Notes under the pieces: generated by a model
What the model was told of the DNA's origin: nothing
Seen by the model: the letters and a program-made list of their open reading frames with translations, nothing else
Databases searched by the model: none
Shown: positions 18,610-26,230 of the stretch, piece after piece
Numbering within the stretch: the first letter of the stretch is position 1
Layout of the letters: each line of letters opens with the position of its first letter
Program-made: the position numbers and the translations under genes
NCBI GenBank assembly: GCA_038240075.1
Contig: JBBSEC010000001.1
Span: 69,151 to 133,150, forward strand
Length of the DNA stretch: 64,000 nucleotides
Direction of reading: 5' to 3'
DNA from: Acidimicrobiia bacterium
Lineage (GTDB): Bacteria > Actinomycetota > Acidimicrobiia > IMCC26256 > PALSA-610

Positions 18610-19049
18610 TCGTGCGCGCGGTCTTGCCGAACGCGACCGGCTTGGGCACGGCGGCACCGCTCGCGGCCGCGCTCCTGGTCGCCTTCGACGTCGAGCTGGT
18701 CGTGATCGGCGGGTGTGCACTGGTGTTGCGCGAGGTCGCGGATCACTGCGGCGATCTCGACATCGTTCCCGAGCCGAGCAAGGCCAATCTCTCCCGGCTG
18801 TGCACGGCGCTTGCTGACCTGGGGGCGTCGCGTCTCACACCGCGGACCGTCGGTGAGCGTCCGGTGTCGTCGGTGACGTCGCCGTACGGACGGATCGACG
18901 TCATGGTCGCGACGGCGCGGCGGGAGTACCGCGAGCTCCGTCTGCGCTCGGACCCGATCGGCGTGGCGACGGTGCCGGTTCCGGTCGCGACGGGCGCAGA
19001 TGCGCTCCGATTGCGAGCAGAGTTCGGAGGGATCGACCATGTTCAGTGA
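18606..19049 (+). CDS. minimal Pol-beta-superfamily nucleotidyltransferase-fold protein
   Basis: ATG 18606 (ATGA overlap with the GH30 stop) inside ORF 18558..19049. Signature hG[GS]-x13-[DE]h[DE]h present as IGGCALVLREVADHCGDLDI. 147 aa. Confidence 0.5.
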   Translation: MIVRAVLPNATGLGTAAPLAAALLVAFDVELVVIGGCALVLREVADHCGDLDIVPEPSKANLSRLCTALADLGASRLTPRTVGERPVSSVTSPYGRIDVMVATARREYRELRLRSDPIGVATVPVPVATGADALRLRAEFGGIDHVQ

Positions 19050-19998
19050 ACGCACCGGGCTCGACGCGGTTGTGCTCGGGACCCTTCACAGCCTCGACGA
19101 GCTCGGCGTCTGGCCCGACTCGATGTACAAGAAATCCGCGAGTGTCGTCGACCACTTGTATACGACCCGGGGGATACCGCCGAAGTTCGGCTATGACGCG
19201 ATCTGCGTGACCGCGGCGGCGTGGCTGACACACGTGCGGCTGATCGACCTCCACGGAAACGGTGGTTCTGCCGACACGCAGGACGAGCCCGCGGCGGCCC
19301 GCTACACGGAAGTCCGCCTGGCGCGTTCCGGTGTGTTGGCGCTCGCGTCAGAACGCGGTGCGCTTCCGCGGCTGCCGATCGGGTTGATCAACGGCGACCT
19401 CGCGACCGGCGGCAGCGCGCCACCGTTCGATCCGGGTCGCGTGTTTGAGGCGGTGCGGTCTGCGGCGGGCCGGACCGCGACGGATGACGCGCTCGCCGCC
19501 GCGGTTGGGATGCCCGCGTTCCCGACGGGCTGCGCGGTCACCGGTGACTTCGCCGCGCTGGCCGAGGGCTCGCTGACGAAACTGCGCGTCAGCACCGACA
19601 TCGAGATCGAGACCGACGCGCGTGGTACCCGCCTGTTGATCTCGCGCGTTCCGTACGGTGTCGGCGCGGGCGACGTCGGTGAGGCGATCGCCCGTCGGGT
19701 CGACGCGGTTCGGAGCGCGCGCCTGAGCGAGGCGTATCCGGACCTGGAGAACGCGCTCGATCTTCCGCTGCGCGATGTCCGCAACGAGTCGGCGGGAGAC
19801 ACCACGCGCGTGGTGTGCGATCTGCTTGCCGGCGCCGACGCCGAGCTCTGCCGAGACCGGCTGCTCGAAATCTGGCCGGTCACGATCGAGATTCCCGTGC
19901 GGCTCCGGGCGCCGCTCGCGGTGCTCGTCCGTGGATTCGTCGACGACGCTGCGGTGCAGAACGAGGCGCTCGCCGCGCTGCTCCGGGCCATCGACTGA
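19039..19998 (+). CDS. stand-alone truncated type IIA topoisomerase A-subunit (GyrA/ParC N-terminal domain)-like protein
   Basis: ATG 19039 with GGAGG at 19027..19031. 319 aa. YKKSASVV, YDAICV...IDLHGNGGSADTQDEPAAARYTEVRLAR, PAFPTG, LLISRVPYGV and RDVRNESAGDTTRVV are collinear with GyrA residues ~60-330 as remembered from E. coli. Confidence 0.7.
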   Translation: MFSERTGLDAVVLGTLHSLDELGVWPDSMYKKSASVVDHLYTTRGIPPKFGYDAICVTAAAWLTHVRLIDLHGNGGSADTQDEPAAARYTEVRLARSGVLALASERGALPRLPIGLINGDLATGGSAPPFDPGRVFEAVRSAAGRTATDDALAAAVGMPAFPTGCAVTGDFAALAEGSLTKLRVSTDIEIETDARGTRLLISRVPYGVGAGDVGEAIARRVDAVRSARLSEAYPDLENALDLPLRDVRNESAGDTTRVVCDLLAGADAELCRDRLLEIWPVTIEIPVRLRAPLAVLVRGFVDDAAVQNEALAALLRAID

Positions 19999-20039
19999 AC
20001 GATTCGCGCCCCGCAACCCCTCTATCCGGTGAGGGGGCC

Positions 20040-20540
20040 GTGAACAGCTTCGATCAGTTCTTCCGTGAGCACTACGCGCGGGTCGTCGGCTCGCTGCGGC
20101 TTGCCGGCGGCGACGTCGGCGAGGCGGAAGACGCCGCCCAGGAAGCGTTCGCAAAGGCGATGCTGCGATGGAAGTCGGTGTCGGTGATGGAACGTCCGGC
20201 GACGTGGGTGTACGTGGTGGCGATCCGCGAGCTAAGGCGCCGGCGGCCCCGGCGTGACGAACCCGCCGGTTCCGAGCTCGCTTCGAGCGAAGGTTCGTCG
20301 CCCGACCACGCGGGCGCCGTCGCGGCAGAGGCCGATGTCGAACGTGCGCTCGCCGCGCTGCCGCCCCGCCAGCGCCTCGCGGTGGTGTTGCGGTTCCACG
20401 CCGATCTCACGGTGCCCGAAGTGAGCCGCGCGATGCGTTGCTCGGAGGGCACGGTGAAGTCGACCTTGCACACCGCGATCGATCGGCTCCGGACCCAGCT
20501 CGGCGACTCGGCACTCGAAGGAGTCAACGATGGACGGTGA
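20040..20540 (+). CDS. ECF-type RNA polymerase sigma-70 family factor
   Basis: GTG 20040 after GAGGGGG. Region 2 is AEDAAQEAFAKAMLRW...WVYVVAIRELRRR. Region 4 is LPPRQRLAVVLRFHADLTVPEVSRAMRCSEGTVKSTLHTAIDRL. Confidence 0.85.
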   Translation: MNSFDQFFREHYARVVGSLRLAGGDVGEAEDAAQEAFAKAMLRWKSVSVMERPATWVYVVAIRELRRRRPRRDEPAGSELASSEGSSPDHAGAVAAEADVERALAALPPRQRLAVVLRFHADLTVPEVSRAMRCSEGTVKSTLHTAIDRLRTQLGDSALEGVNDGR

Positions 20541-22320
20541 TCCGCTCCGCGACGCATTGGAGTCGGCGGCGAGCCGGCTCGACATCGACGTCGATCGCGC
20601 GCGCGATCAGATCGACGCGCGGGCGGGGCGCCGGCCCCGGCGCCAGCGCCAGTTCTCGTCGGCCACGGTGCTGGTTGGTGCGATCGTCGTCATCGCCGTT
20701 GTGCTCGCGGTCGCCGGGAAGGGAACGGACTCGTCGGCGCCGAGCGTCACGGCGTCGACCGACAGCACCGTGCCGAAGAACGTCGTCTACGGCAGCCTCC
20801 CATCGCGCGACAGCGCCGCGATCGCCTACGACGACGAGCGCGGGCAGGTTGTGCTCTTCGGTGGTTTCGACGGTTCGCACGACCACTCCGACACGTGGCT
20901 GTGGGACGGCCACGGATGGCGCCAGGCCCACCCGGCCGTCGTCCCGCCCGCGCGTGAGCGCGCCGCGATGGCGTACGACCCCACGACGAAGCAGGTCGTG
21001 CTGTTCGGCGGCATCGTGCAGCGCTATCACCAGACGACGCTCGCACTCGACGACATGTGGACGTGGGACGGCACAACGTGGACCGCGCGCCATCCCGTCC
21101 ACGAGCCGCCGTGGAGCAACGGGCTCGCGATGAGCTACGACCCGCGTTCGCAGTCGGTGCTGCTGCTCACGTTGCCGTCGAACCACCCGAACCTCGATCT
21201 CACGCCCGACAGCGTCGGCTCCCGCGGTGACACACCATTCGGAACGTGGCAGTGGAACGGCTCCGACTGGCGTGAGCTGCCGACCCCATCGGCGCCGCTG
21301 TTCGCGAAGGGCGCGGTGTTCCACGGCGACCCGCGTCTGACACCGCTGCCGCACGGCGCCGGACTGCTGCTCTATTCGTGGTCGGTGTACCGGGGTTCTT
21401 GCCCCGCCGGGGGACAGCAGTGCGGTGGTCCACCGGATCCGACCGGGACGCTCGACGCGCAGACGTGGACGTGGGACGGAACCCACTGGACGAAGCAACA
21501 GCCGAGCCGAGCGCCCGTCGACGGGCAACTGGTCGCGACGCCCGGCACCGACGCCGCGCCGACCATCTTCTCGGCGAGAGCCGCGACGTGGACGTGGACC
21601 GGGTCGGACTGGAAGCAGGCCGCGGGTCACGGCACGGGACCGTCGATGCAAGGCTCGTCGGCGTACGACGTTCCCGGTTTCGCGGTCTACGACGTGGCCG
21701 ACCGCGAGGTCGTTGCGTACATCCCGCGCATCCCGAGCGACGGCGTGCTCGACGACACCTGGACCTGGGACGGATCGTGGAAGGAGCGGATCCACTCCGT
21801 CCTGCCCGTCACGACCACCACCACCGCCGCATCAACGACGACGACGACCGCGCCACCACTCGGGTCGTGCACGTCGGCGCAGCTGCACCTCAGGCTCACG
21901 CGTGAGCTGCAGTCGGTGATGCAGCAACCCGCGGCCTTCTTCAGCCTGACCAATCTTTCGGTGACGCCGTGCACGATCGACGGCTATCCGACGCTCACAC
22001 TCTTCGATGCGTCGGGGCGCTCGATCCCTGCCGACATCCGCCACGACCGCGCGTACCAGATCAACGATCCGGGTTCGCGCCGCGTGGTCGTGCAATCCGG
22101 CGGAACGGTGTACTTCGGCTTCGGATGGACCGACGCCAACCAGGCCGACAACGGCTCCACGAAGGGCTGCGTCACGATCGCGCGCGTCGGCGTTCTCGTT
22201 CCCGGCAGCCACACCGCGCTGACCGCCGCCGCGCACCTCAACTCGGTGTTCTGCCCGACCTACGGTGCCGTCACCGCGATCGCTCCGCGCAACGCCTTCA
22301 CCGGGGTGTATCCCCCGTAG
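20530..22320 (+). CDS. single-pass membrane protein with extracytoplasmic Kelch-type repeats and C-terminal DUF4232-like domain (candidate anti-sigma partner)
   Basis: 596 aa. 11-nt overlap with the sigma gene. TM segment ATVLVGAIVVIAVVLAVAG. Repeated VVLFGG and W(T/L)W(D/N)G..W motifs. Thr-rich linker. C-terminus CTSAQLHL...FFSLTNLSVTPCTIDGYPTLTLFD. Confidence 0.75.
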   Translation: MDGDPLRDALESAASRLDIDVDRARDQIDARAGRRPRRQRQFSSATVLVGAIVVIAVVLAVAGKGTDSSAPSVTASTDSTVPKNVVYGSLPSRDSAAIAYDDERGQVVLFGGFDGSHDHSDTWLWDGHGWRQAHPAVVPPARERAAMAYDPTTKQVVLFGGIVQRYHQTTLALDDMWTWDGTTWTARHPVHEPPWSNGLAMSYDPRSQSVLLLTLPSNHPNLDLTPDSVGSRGDTPFGTWQWNGSDWRELPTPSAPLFAKGAVFHGDPRLTPLPHGAGLLLYSWSVYRGSCPAGGQQCGGPPDPTGTLDAQTWTWDGTHWTKQQPSRAPVDGQLVATPGTDAAPTIFSARAATWTWTGSDWKQAAGHGTGPSMQGSSAYDVPGFAVYDVADREVVAYIPRIPSDGVLDDTWTWDGSWKERIHSVLPVTTTTTAASTTTTTAPPLGSCTSAQLHLRLTRELQSVMQQPAAFFSLTNLSVTPCTIDGYPTLTLFDASGRSIPADIRHDRAYQINDPGSRRVVVQSGGTVYFGFGWTDANQADNGSTKGCVTIARVGVLVPGSHTALTAAAHLNSVFCPTYGAVTAIAPRNAFTGVYPP

Positions 22321-22334
22321 CGAACACAGCGCAT

Positions 22335-22393
22335 GCGCCGAAGTGTCGCCGAAATTCCCCCTCCACGCGTGGTTTTGGGCGACACTTCGGCGC
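22335..22393. repeat. 16-bp perfect inverted repeat (GCGCCGAAGTGTCGCC / GGCGACACTTCGGCGC) around a 27-nt loop containing the 10-bp palindrome CCACGCGTGG
   Basis: Read directly: arms at 22335..22350 and 22378..22393; nested palindrome at 22363..22372. Lies between the Kelch/DUF4232 stop (22320) and the padR start. Confidence 0.9.
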
Positions 22394-22410
22394 GGACTCC
22401 TTGATAACGG

Positions 22411-22433
22411 ACTACTCCGTGACATAGAGTAGT
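22411..22433. promoter_or_regulatory. candidate PadR operator ACTACTC-N9-GAGTAGT overlapping a TAGAGT -10-like hexamer
   Basis: 7-bp perfect inverted arms at 22411..22417 and 22427..22433, ending 4 nt before ATG 22438 of padR. TAGAGT at 22424..22429. Confidence 0.4.
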
Positions 22434-22437
22434 GGTC

Positions 22438-22767
22438 ATGCAGCAATCGGAGCTGCTCAAGGGTGCGCTCGATCTCGCGGTGTTGGCGTCGGTCGGGCGG
22501 GGCGAGTCGTACGGCTACGAGGTCTTGCAACGTCTCGCGGCCGCCGGCCTGGAGGGCGTCGGGGATGCATCGGTGTACGGGTCGCTGAAACGACTCGAGT
22601 CGCAGGGGTATCTGGAGTCGCGGTTGGAGGCGTCGCCGCAGGGCCCGGCGCGCCGCTACTACTCGCGCACCGCCGAGGGCCGCACTTGGTTCCGCCAGGC
22701 GGGAACCGCGTGGCGAAAGTTCGCGACCGCGATCGACGCCGTGCTCGAAGAAGGACGGCGAGCGTGA
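22438..22767 (+). CDS. PadR family transcriptional regulator
   Basis: ORF 22432..22767. LKGALDLAVLASVGRGESYGYEV...DASVYGSLKRLESQGYLES...RRYYSRT is a classic PadR winged helix. ATG 22438 is preferred over GTG 22432. Confidence 0.85.
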   Translation: MQQSELLKGALDLAVLASVGRGESYGYEVLQRLAAAGLEGVGDASVYGSLKRLESQGYLESRLEASPQGPARRYYSRTAEGRTWFRQAGTAWRKFATAIDAVLEEGRRA

Positions 22768-23576
22768 GGAGCGTCGACACCTACGTCCGTGCCCTCGACG
22801 CCGAGCTTTGAGACCAGCCGCGCCGGGTCCGGCGCGCCGAAGTCGTCGGTCTCCGTGGGCACCTCGAAGAGCTTCCGCCCGGCGCGCTCGATCAGCTCGA
22901 ACCACCCGACGTCTACGCGCACGAGTACCGCGCGCATCGCGATCTTCGCACCCGACGTGTGATCGGGGCGTTGCGGCGGACATCGATCGTCGCCCGGATC
23001 GCGATCGTCGTGGCCGTCGTCGCCCTCGTCGCGGCCGTGACCGTCCCGCCCTGGGTCGCGCACTATCAACCGGTGAACGTGAACGTGATGTTCAGCTCGA
23101 CGGGTTCGGTGCCGCAACGGACCGAGGTGAACGACACCGTCTTGTCGTACCGCGACAACGCGCGCATCGTGCTGGGCATGAGCGTCCGCAACTCCGGGCC
23201 TTTCGACGCGACACTCACCGGCTACGACGACGGTCCCGACGCGGGAGTGCTGAAGTTCGTCGCGATTCGTACGTCGAGCCCGGCGCGCTGCTGCACGTGG
23301 CAGACCGGGCGCCCGGCCCACTTCCCGTTGCGGATCGCGGCGGGCACGACGATCGGGCTCTCGATCGAGCTCCGGATGACGAACTGTGAGGACTACGGCA
23401 ATGTCGGTGACGTGGGCGGTGGCAGCGTCGGCTACACCGAGCTCCGTTTTCCGATGAAGACGCTCGGCGTCCATCACGTCGTCGCGGCCCCGCTCGCGAG
23501 CTCGGAGCAGATCTACATCGAGATGCCCGGGCCGCTGACGCGGTACTGCCCGCGCAACCGGACGAGCCAGCCGTAG
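22764..23576 (+). pseudogene. PadR-associated membrane protein (permease-prefix/DUF1700-like N-terminus) interrupted by in-frame TGA at 22809..22811; distal ORF 22959..23576 is intact
   Basis: GTG 22764 overlaps the padR stop (GTGA). The same frame reads VRSVDTYVRALDAEL-TGA-DQPRRVRRAEVVGLRGHLEELPPGALDQLEPPDVYAHEYRAHRDLRTRR and joins the tracked ORF (MIGALRRTSIVARIAIVVAVVALVAAV...). The 49 codons after the TGA contain no in-frame ATG, GTG or TTG. Confidence 0.55.
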
Positions 23577-23583
23577 ATCCGAG

Positions 23584-24375
23584 CTAGGCGACGAGCTCGC
23601 CGCGCATGACGGTGATCGCGTTGCCGCCGAGGATGACACGGTCGCCGACGACGCGCGTGTGCACTAAGCCGCCGCGGCGCGAGGCCTGGTAGCCGGTCAG
23701 CTCGGTGCGACCGAACCGTTCGGCCCAGAACGGTGCGAGCGCGCAGTGCGACGAACCGGTGACGGGATCCTCGTCGACACCCGAGCCCGGCGCGAAGAAA
23801 CGCGAGACGAAGTCGGCGTCGTCGCGCGTCGTCGGCGCGGTGACGATCACGCCGCGGGCCGGCAGCTCACCCAGACCAATGTGCTTGGGCGCGAGGCCGA
23901 CGACTTCGGCTTCGTCGGCCACCTCGACCATGAAGTCGAACTCGTTGCGGTAGACGCCGATGGCGCGCTCGACGCCGAGGGCTTCGAGGAGCCCCGGCGG
24001 CGCTTCGGCCGGCTCCACCAACTTCTCCGGGAAGTCGAGCTCGATGAGGTCATCGACGCGTGAAGCGAACAGCGATCCGCTGAGCGTCTCAAAGCGGGCC
24101 GGCGCGCCGTCGGCCAACCGGCCGGTCTCCCAGAGTGCGTGCGCGGACGCAAGCGTCGCGTGCCCGCAGAGCGCAACCTCGACGCTGGGCGTGAACCAGC
24201 GCAACGACCACGCGTCGCTGAGCGGCAGCAGGAATGCGGTCTCCGAGAGGTTCATCTCCGCACCGACCGACTGCATCCACGCGTCGTCGCGCTCACGGTC
24301 GAGGAAACACACGGCGGCCGCGTTGCCGGCGAACGCCTCCGAGGTGAACGCGTCGATCTGCAGCAGCGGAAGCAC
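23584..24375 (-). CDS. PhzF family isomerase
   Basis: 263 aa. IDAFTSEAFAGNAAAV, NLSETAFL, FTPSVEVALCGHATLA. Confidence 0.85.
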   Translation of the reverse strand: MLPLLQIDAFTSEAFAGNAAAVCFLDRERDDAWMQSVGAEMNLSETAFLLPLSDAWSLRWFTPSVEVALCGHATLASAHALWETGRLADGAPARFETLSGSLFASRVDDLIELDFPEKLVEPAEAPPGLLEALGVERAIGVYRNEFDFMVEVADEAEVVGLAPKHIGLGELPARGVIVTAPTTRDDADFVSRFFAPGSGVDEDPVTGSSHCALAPFWAERFGRTELTGYQASRRGGLVHTRVVGDRVILGGNAITVMRGELVA

Positions 24376-24417
24376 GGCGACGAAACTAGTGGCACGGTCG
24401 CCGCGGCGACGCCGGGT

Positions 24418-26184
24418 TTATTCGATGACCGCCAGCACGTCGCCGGTGCCGACGGTGTCGCCGGTCGTGACGCGCAGCTCCTTCACCGTGCCCGACTTCT
24501 CCGCGTTGATGTGGTTCTCCATCTTCATCGCTTCGAGCACCACGAGCGCCTGGCCGCTCTCGACCGTGTCGCCCACGGCGACGAGGACCTTCACGATGGT
24601 TCCCTGCATCGGGGCGACGACGGTGCCGCCTCCGGCTCCGCCGGCCGACGATACCCGCGCCGCGGCGCGGGGACGCGCGCGCGTCGCGGCGGCTGCGGGT
24701 GCGGCGGCCGTCTCGTCGACCCAGACCTTCACGACGAAGCGCTTGCCGTCGACCTCGACGGGGAGCGTGCGTTCCACGAGTGCGGGTCGTTCTTCGCCGT
24801 CGGCGGCCGCCGCGGGAGCGGGCGCGGCGACGTCGGCGAACAGCGCGGGGTCGAGCTCGTCTTCCACCCATTTCGTGGAATGCTGCACCGCCGCGAAATC
24901 GGGGTGCGAGACGAGTGCGATGTGCGCGGGGATCGTGGTCTTCACGCCCGCGATCTCGAACTCCTCGAGCGCGCGCTTCGTGCGCGCGATCGCGCGGTCG
25001 CGGTCGGGCGCCCATACGACGAGCTTCCCGATGAGGTTGTCGTAGTACTGCGACACCGTGTCGCCCTCTTCGTACCCGCCGTCCCAACGCACGCCGGGCC
25101 CCGACGGCACGCGCAGGCGCGTGATGGTGCCGGGCGACGGCAGGAACTTCTTCGCCGGGTTCTCGGCGTTGATGCGGCACTCGATCGCGTGCCCCTGGAG
25201 CCGCACGCTCTTCTGCTTGATCGTCAACTTCTTGCCCGCCGCGATGTTGAGCTGCTGCTCCACGAGGTCGAGCTTGCTGATCTCTTCGGTGACGCAGTGC
25301 TCGACCTGCAGGCGGGTGTTCATCTCGAGGAACCAGAACTCGCCGTCCTGGAAGAGCATCTCGACCGTGCCGGCATTCACGTAGCCGCACGCGAGCGCCA
25401 CCTTCACCGCCGCCTCACCCATCGCGACGCGGGTCTCGGGCGGGATGCCCGGCGCCGGGGCTTCCTCGATGAGCTTCTGGTGCCGGCGCTGGGTCGAGCA
25501 GTCGCGGTCGCCGACGTAGATGCCGTTGCCGTGCGAGTCGCACAACACCTGGAGCTCGACGTGACGCGGGCGGGTGAGGTAGCGCTCGAGGTACGCCTCG
25601 GGGCGACCGAAGTACGCCTGCGCCTCGCGGGTTGCCGATTCGAGAGCGGCCGGCGCCGCCTCTGCGTTCTCGACGACCTTCATGCCGCGACCACCACCGC
25701 CGTACGCGGCCTTGATCGCGACCGGGTATCCGAACTCGGCGCCGAAGGCGAGGATCTCCGAGACATCCTCGATCGCGGTCGTGGTGCCCGGCACCGATGC
25801 GACCTCCGCCCGGGCCGCGGCCAACCGCGAGGAGATCTTGTCGCCCATGATCTCGATGGCTTCCGGCGGCGGGCCGATCCAGGTCACGCCCGCGGCGACG
25901 ATCGCCCGCGCGAAGTCGGCGTTCTCGCTGAAGAAGCCGTAGCCGGGGTGCACGCCGTCGGCGCCCGACTGCTCGAGCGCGGCCAGGATCCGGTCGGTCG
26001 CGAGGTAGCTCTCGGCCGCGGTCTGGCCGCCGAGCGCGTAGGCCTCGTCGGCGTAGCGGACATGCTTGGCGTCACGATCGAGGTCGGAGTACACGGCGAC
26101 GGTCGCGATGCCGAGCTCACGACACGTGCGCATCACCCGTACGGCGATCTCGCCCCGGTTCGCGATGAGGATCTTCGACAGCAC
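24418..26184 (-). CDS. accA: acetyl/propionyl-CoA carboxylase alpha subunit (biotin carboxylase fused to biotin carboxyl carrier domain)
   Basis: GTG 26184 inside ORF 24418..26325. KILIANRGEIAVRV. ATP-grasp region. C-terminal biotinylation motif LEAMKMEN. Confidence 0.9.
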   Translation of the reverse strand: MLSKILIANRGEIAVRVMRTCRELGIATVAVYSDLDRDAKHVRYADEAYALGGQTAAESYLATDRILAALEQSGADGVHPGYGFFSENADFARAIVAAGVTWIGPPPEAIEIMGDKISSRLAAARAEVASVPGTTTAIEDVSEILAFGAEFGYPVAIKAAYGGGGRGMKVVENAEAAPAALESATREAQAYFGRPEAYLERYLTRPRHVELQVLCDSHGNGIYVGDRDCSTQRRHQKLIEEAPAPGIPPETRVAMGEAAVKVALACGYVNAGTVEMLFQDGEFWFLEMNTRLQVEHCVTEEISKLDLVEQQLNIAAGKKLTIKQKSVRLQGHAIECRINAENPAKKFLPSPGTITRLRVPSGPGVRWDGGYEEGDTVSQYYDNLIGKLVVWAPDRDRAIARTKRALEEFEIAGVKTTIPAHIALVSHPDFAAVQHSTKWVEDELDPALFADVAAPAPAAAADGEERPALVERTLPVEVDGKRFVVKVWVDETAAAPAAAATRARPRAAARVSSAGGAGGGTVVAPMQGTIVKVLVAVGDTVESGQALVVLEAMKMENHINAEKSGTVKELRVTTGDTVGTGDVLAVIE

Positions 26185-26204
26185 GTGCAGCCCCCGCTCG
26201 GCGT

Positions 26205-26222
26205 GGATACGGCCCCGTATCC
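26205..26222. promoter_or_regulatory. inverted repeat GGATACGG-CC-CCGTATCC in the accA/birA divergent intergenic region
   Basis: Read directly. 8-bp perfect arms in the 46-bp gap between the accA start (26184) and the birA start (26231). Confidence 0.35.
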
Positions 26223-26230
26223 TACGGGTG

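Noticed and set aside
22809-22811. Selenocysteine or programmed recoding at the in-frame TGA
   Set aside because: I could not identify a convincing stem-loop immediately 3' of the TGA. No sel genes are in the window. The expected residue at this position in such N-terminal modules is not a redox Cys. A nonsense mutation or a sequencing error is more economical. It is kept as a finding, but not as Sec.
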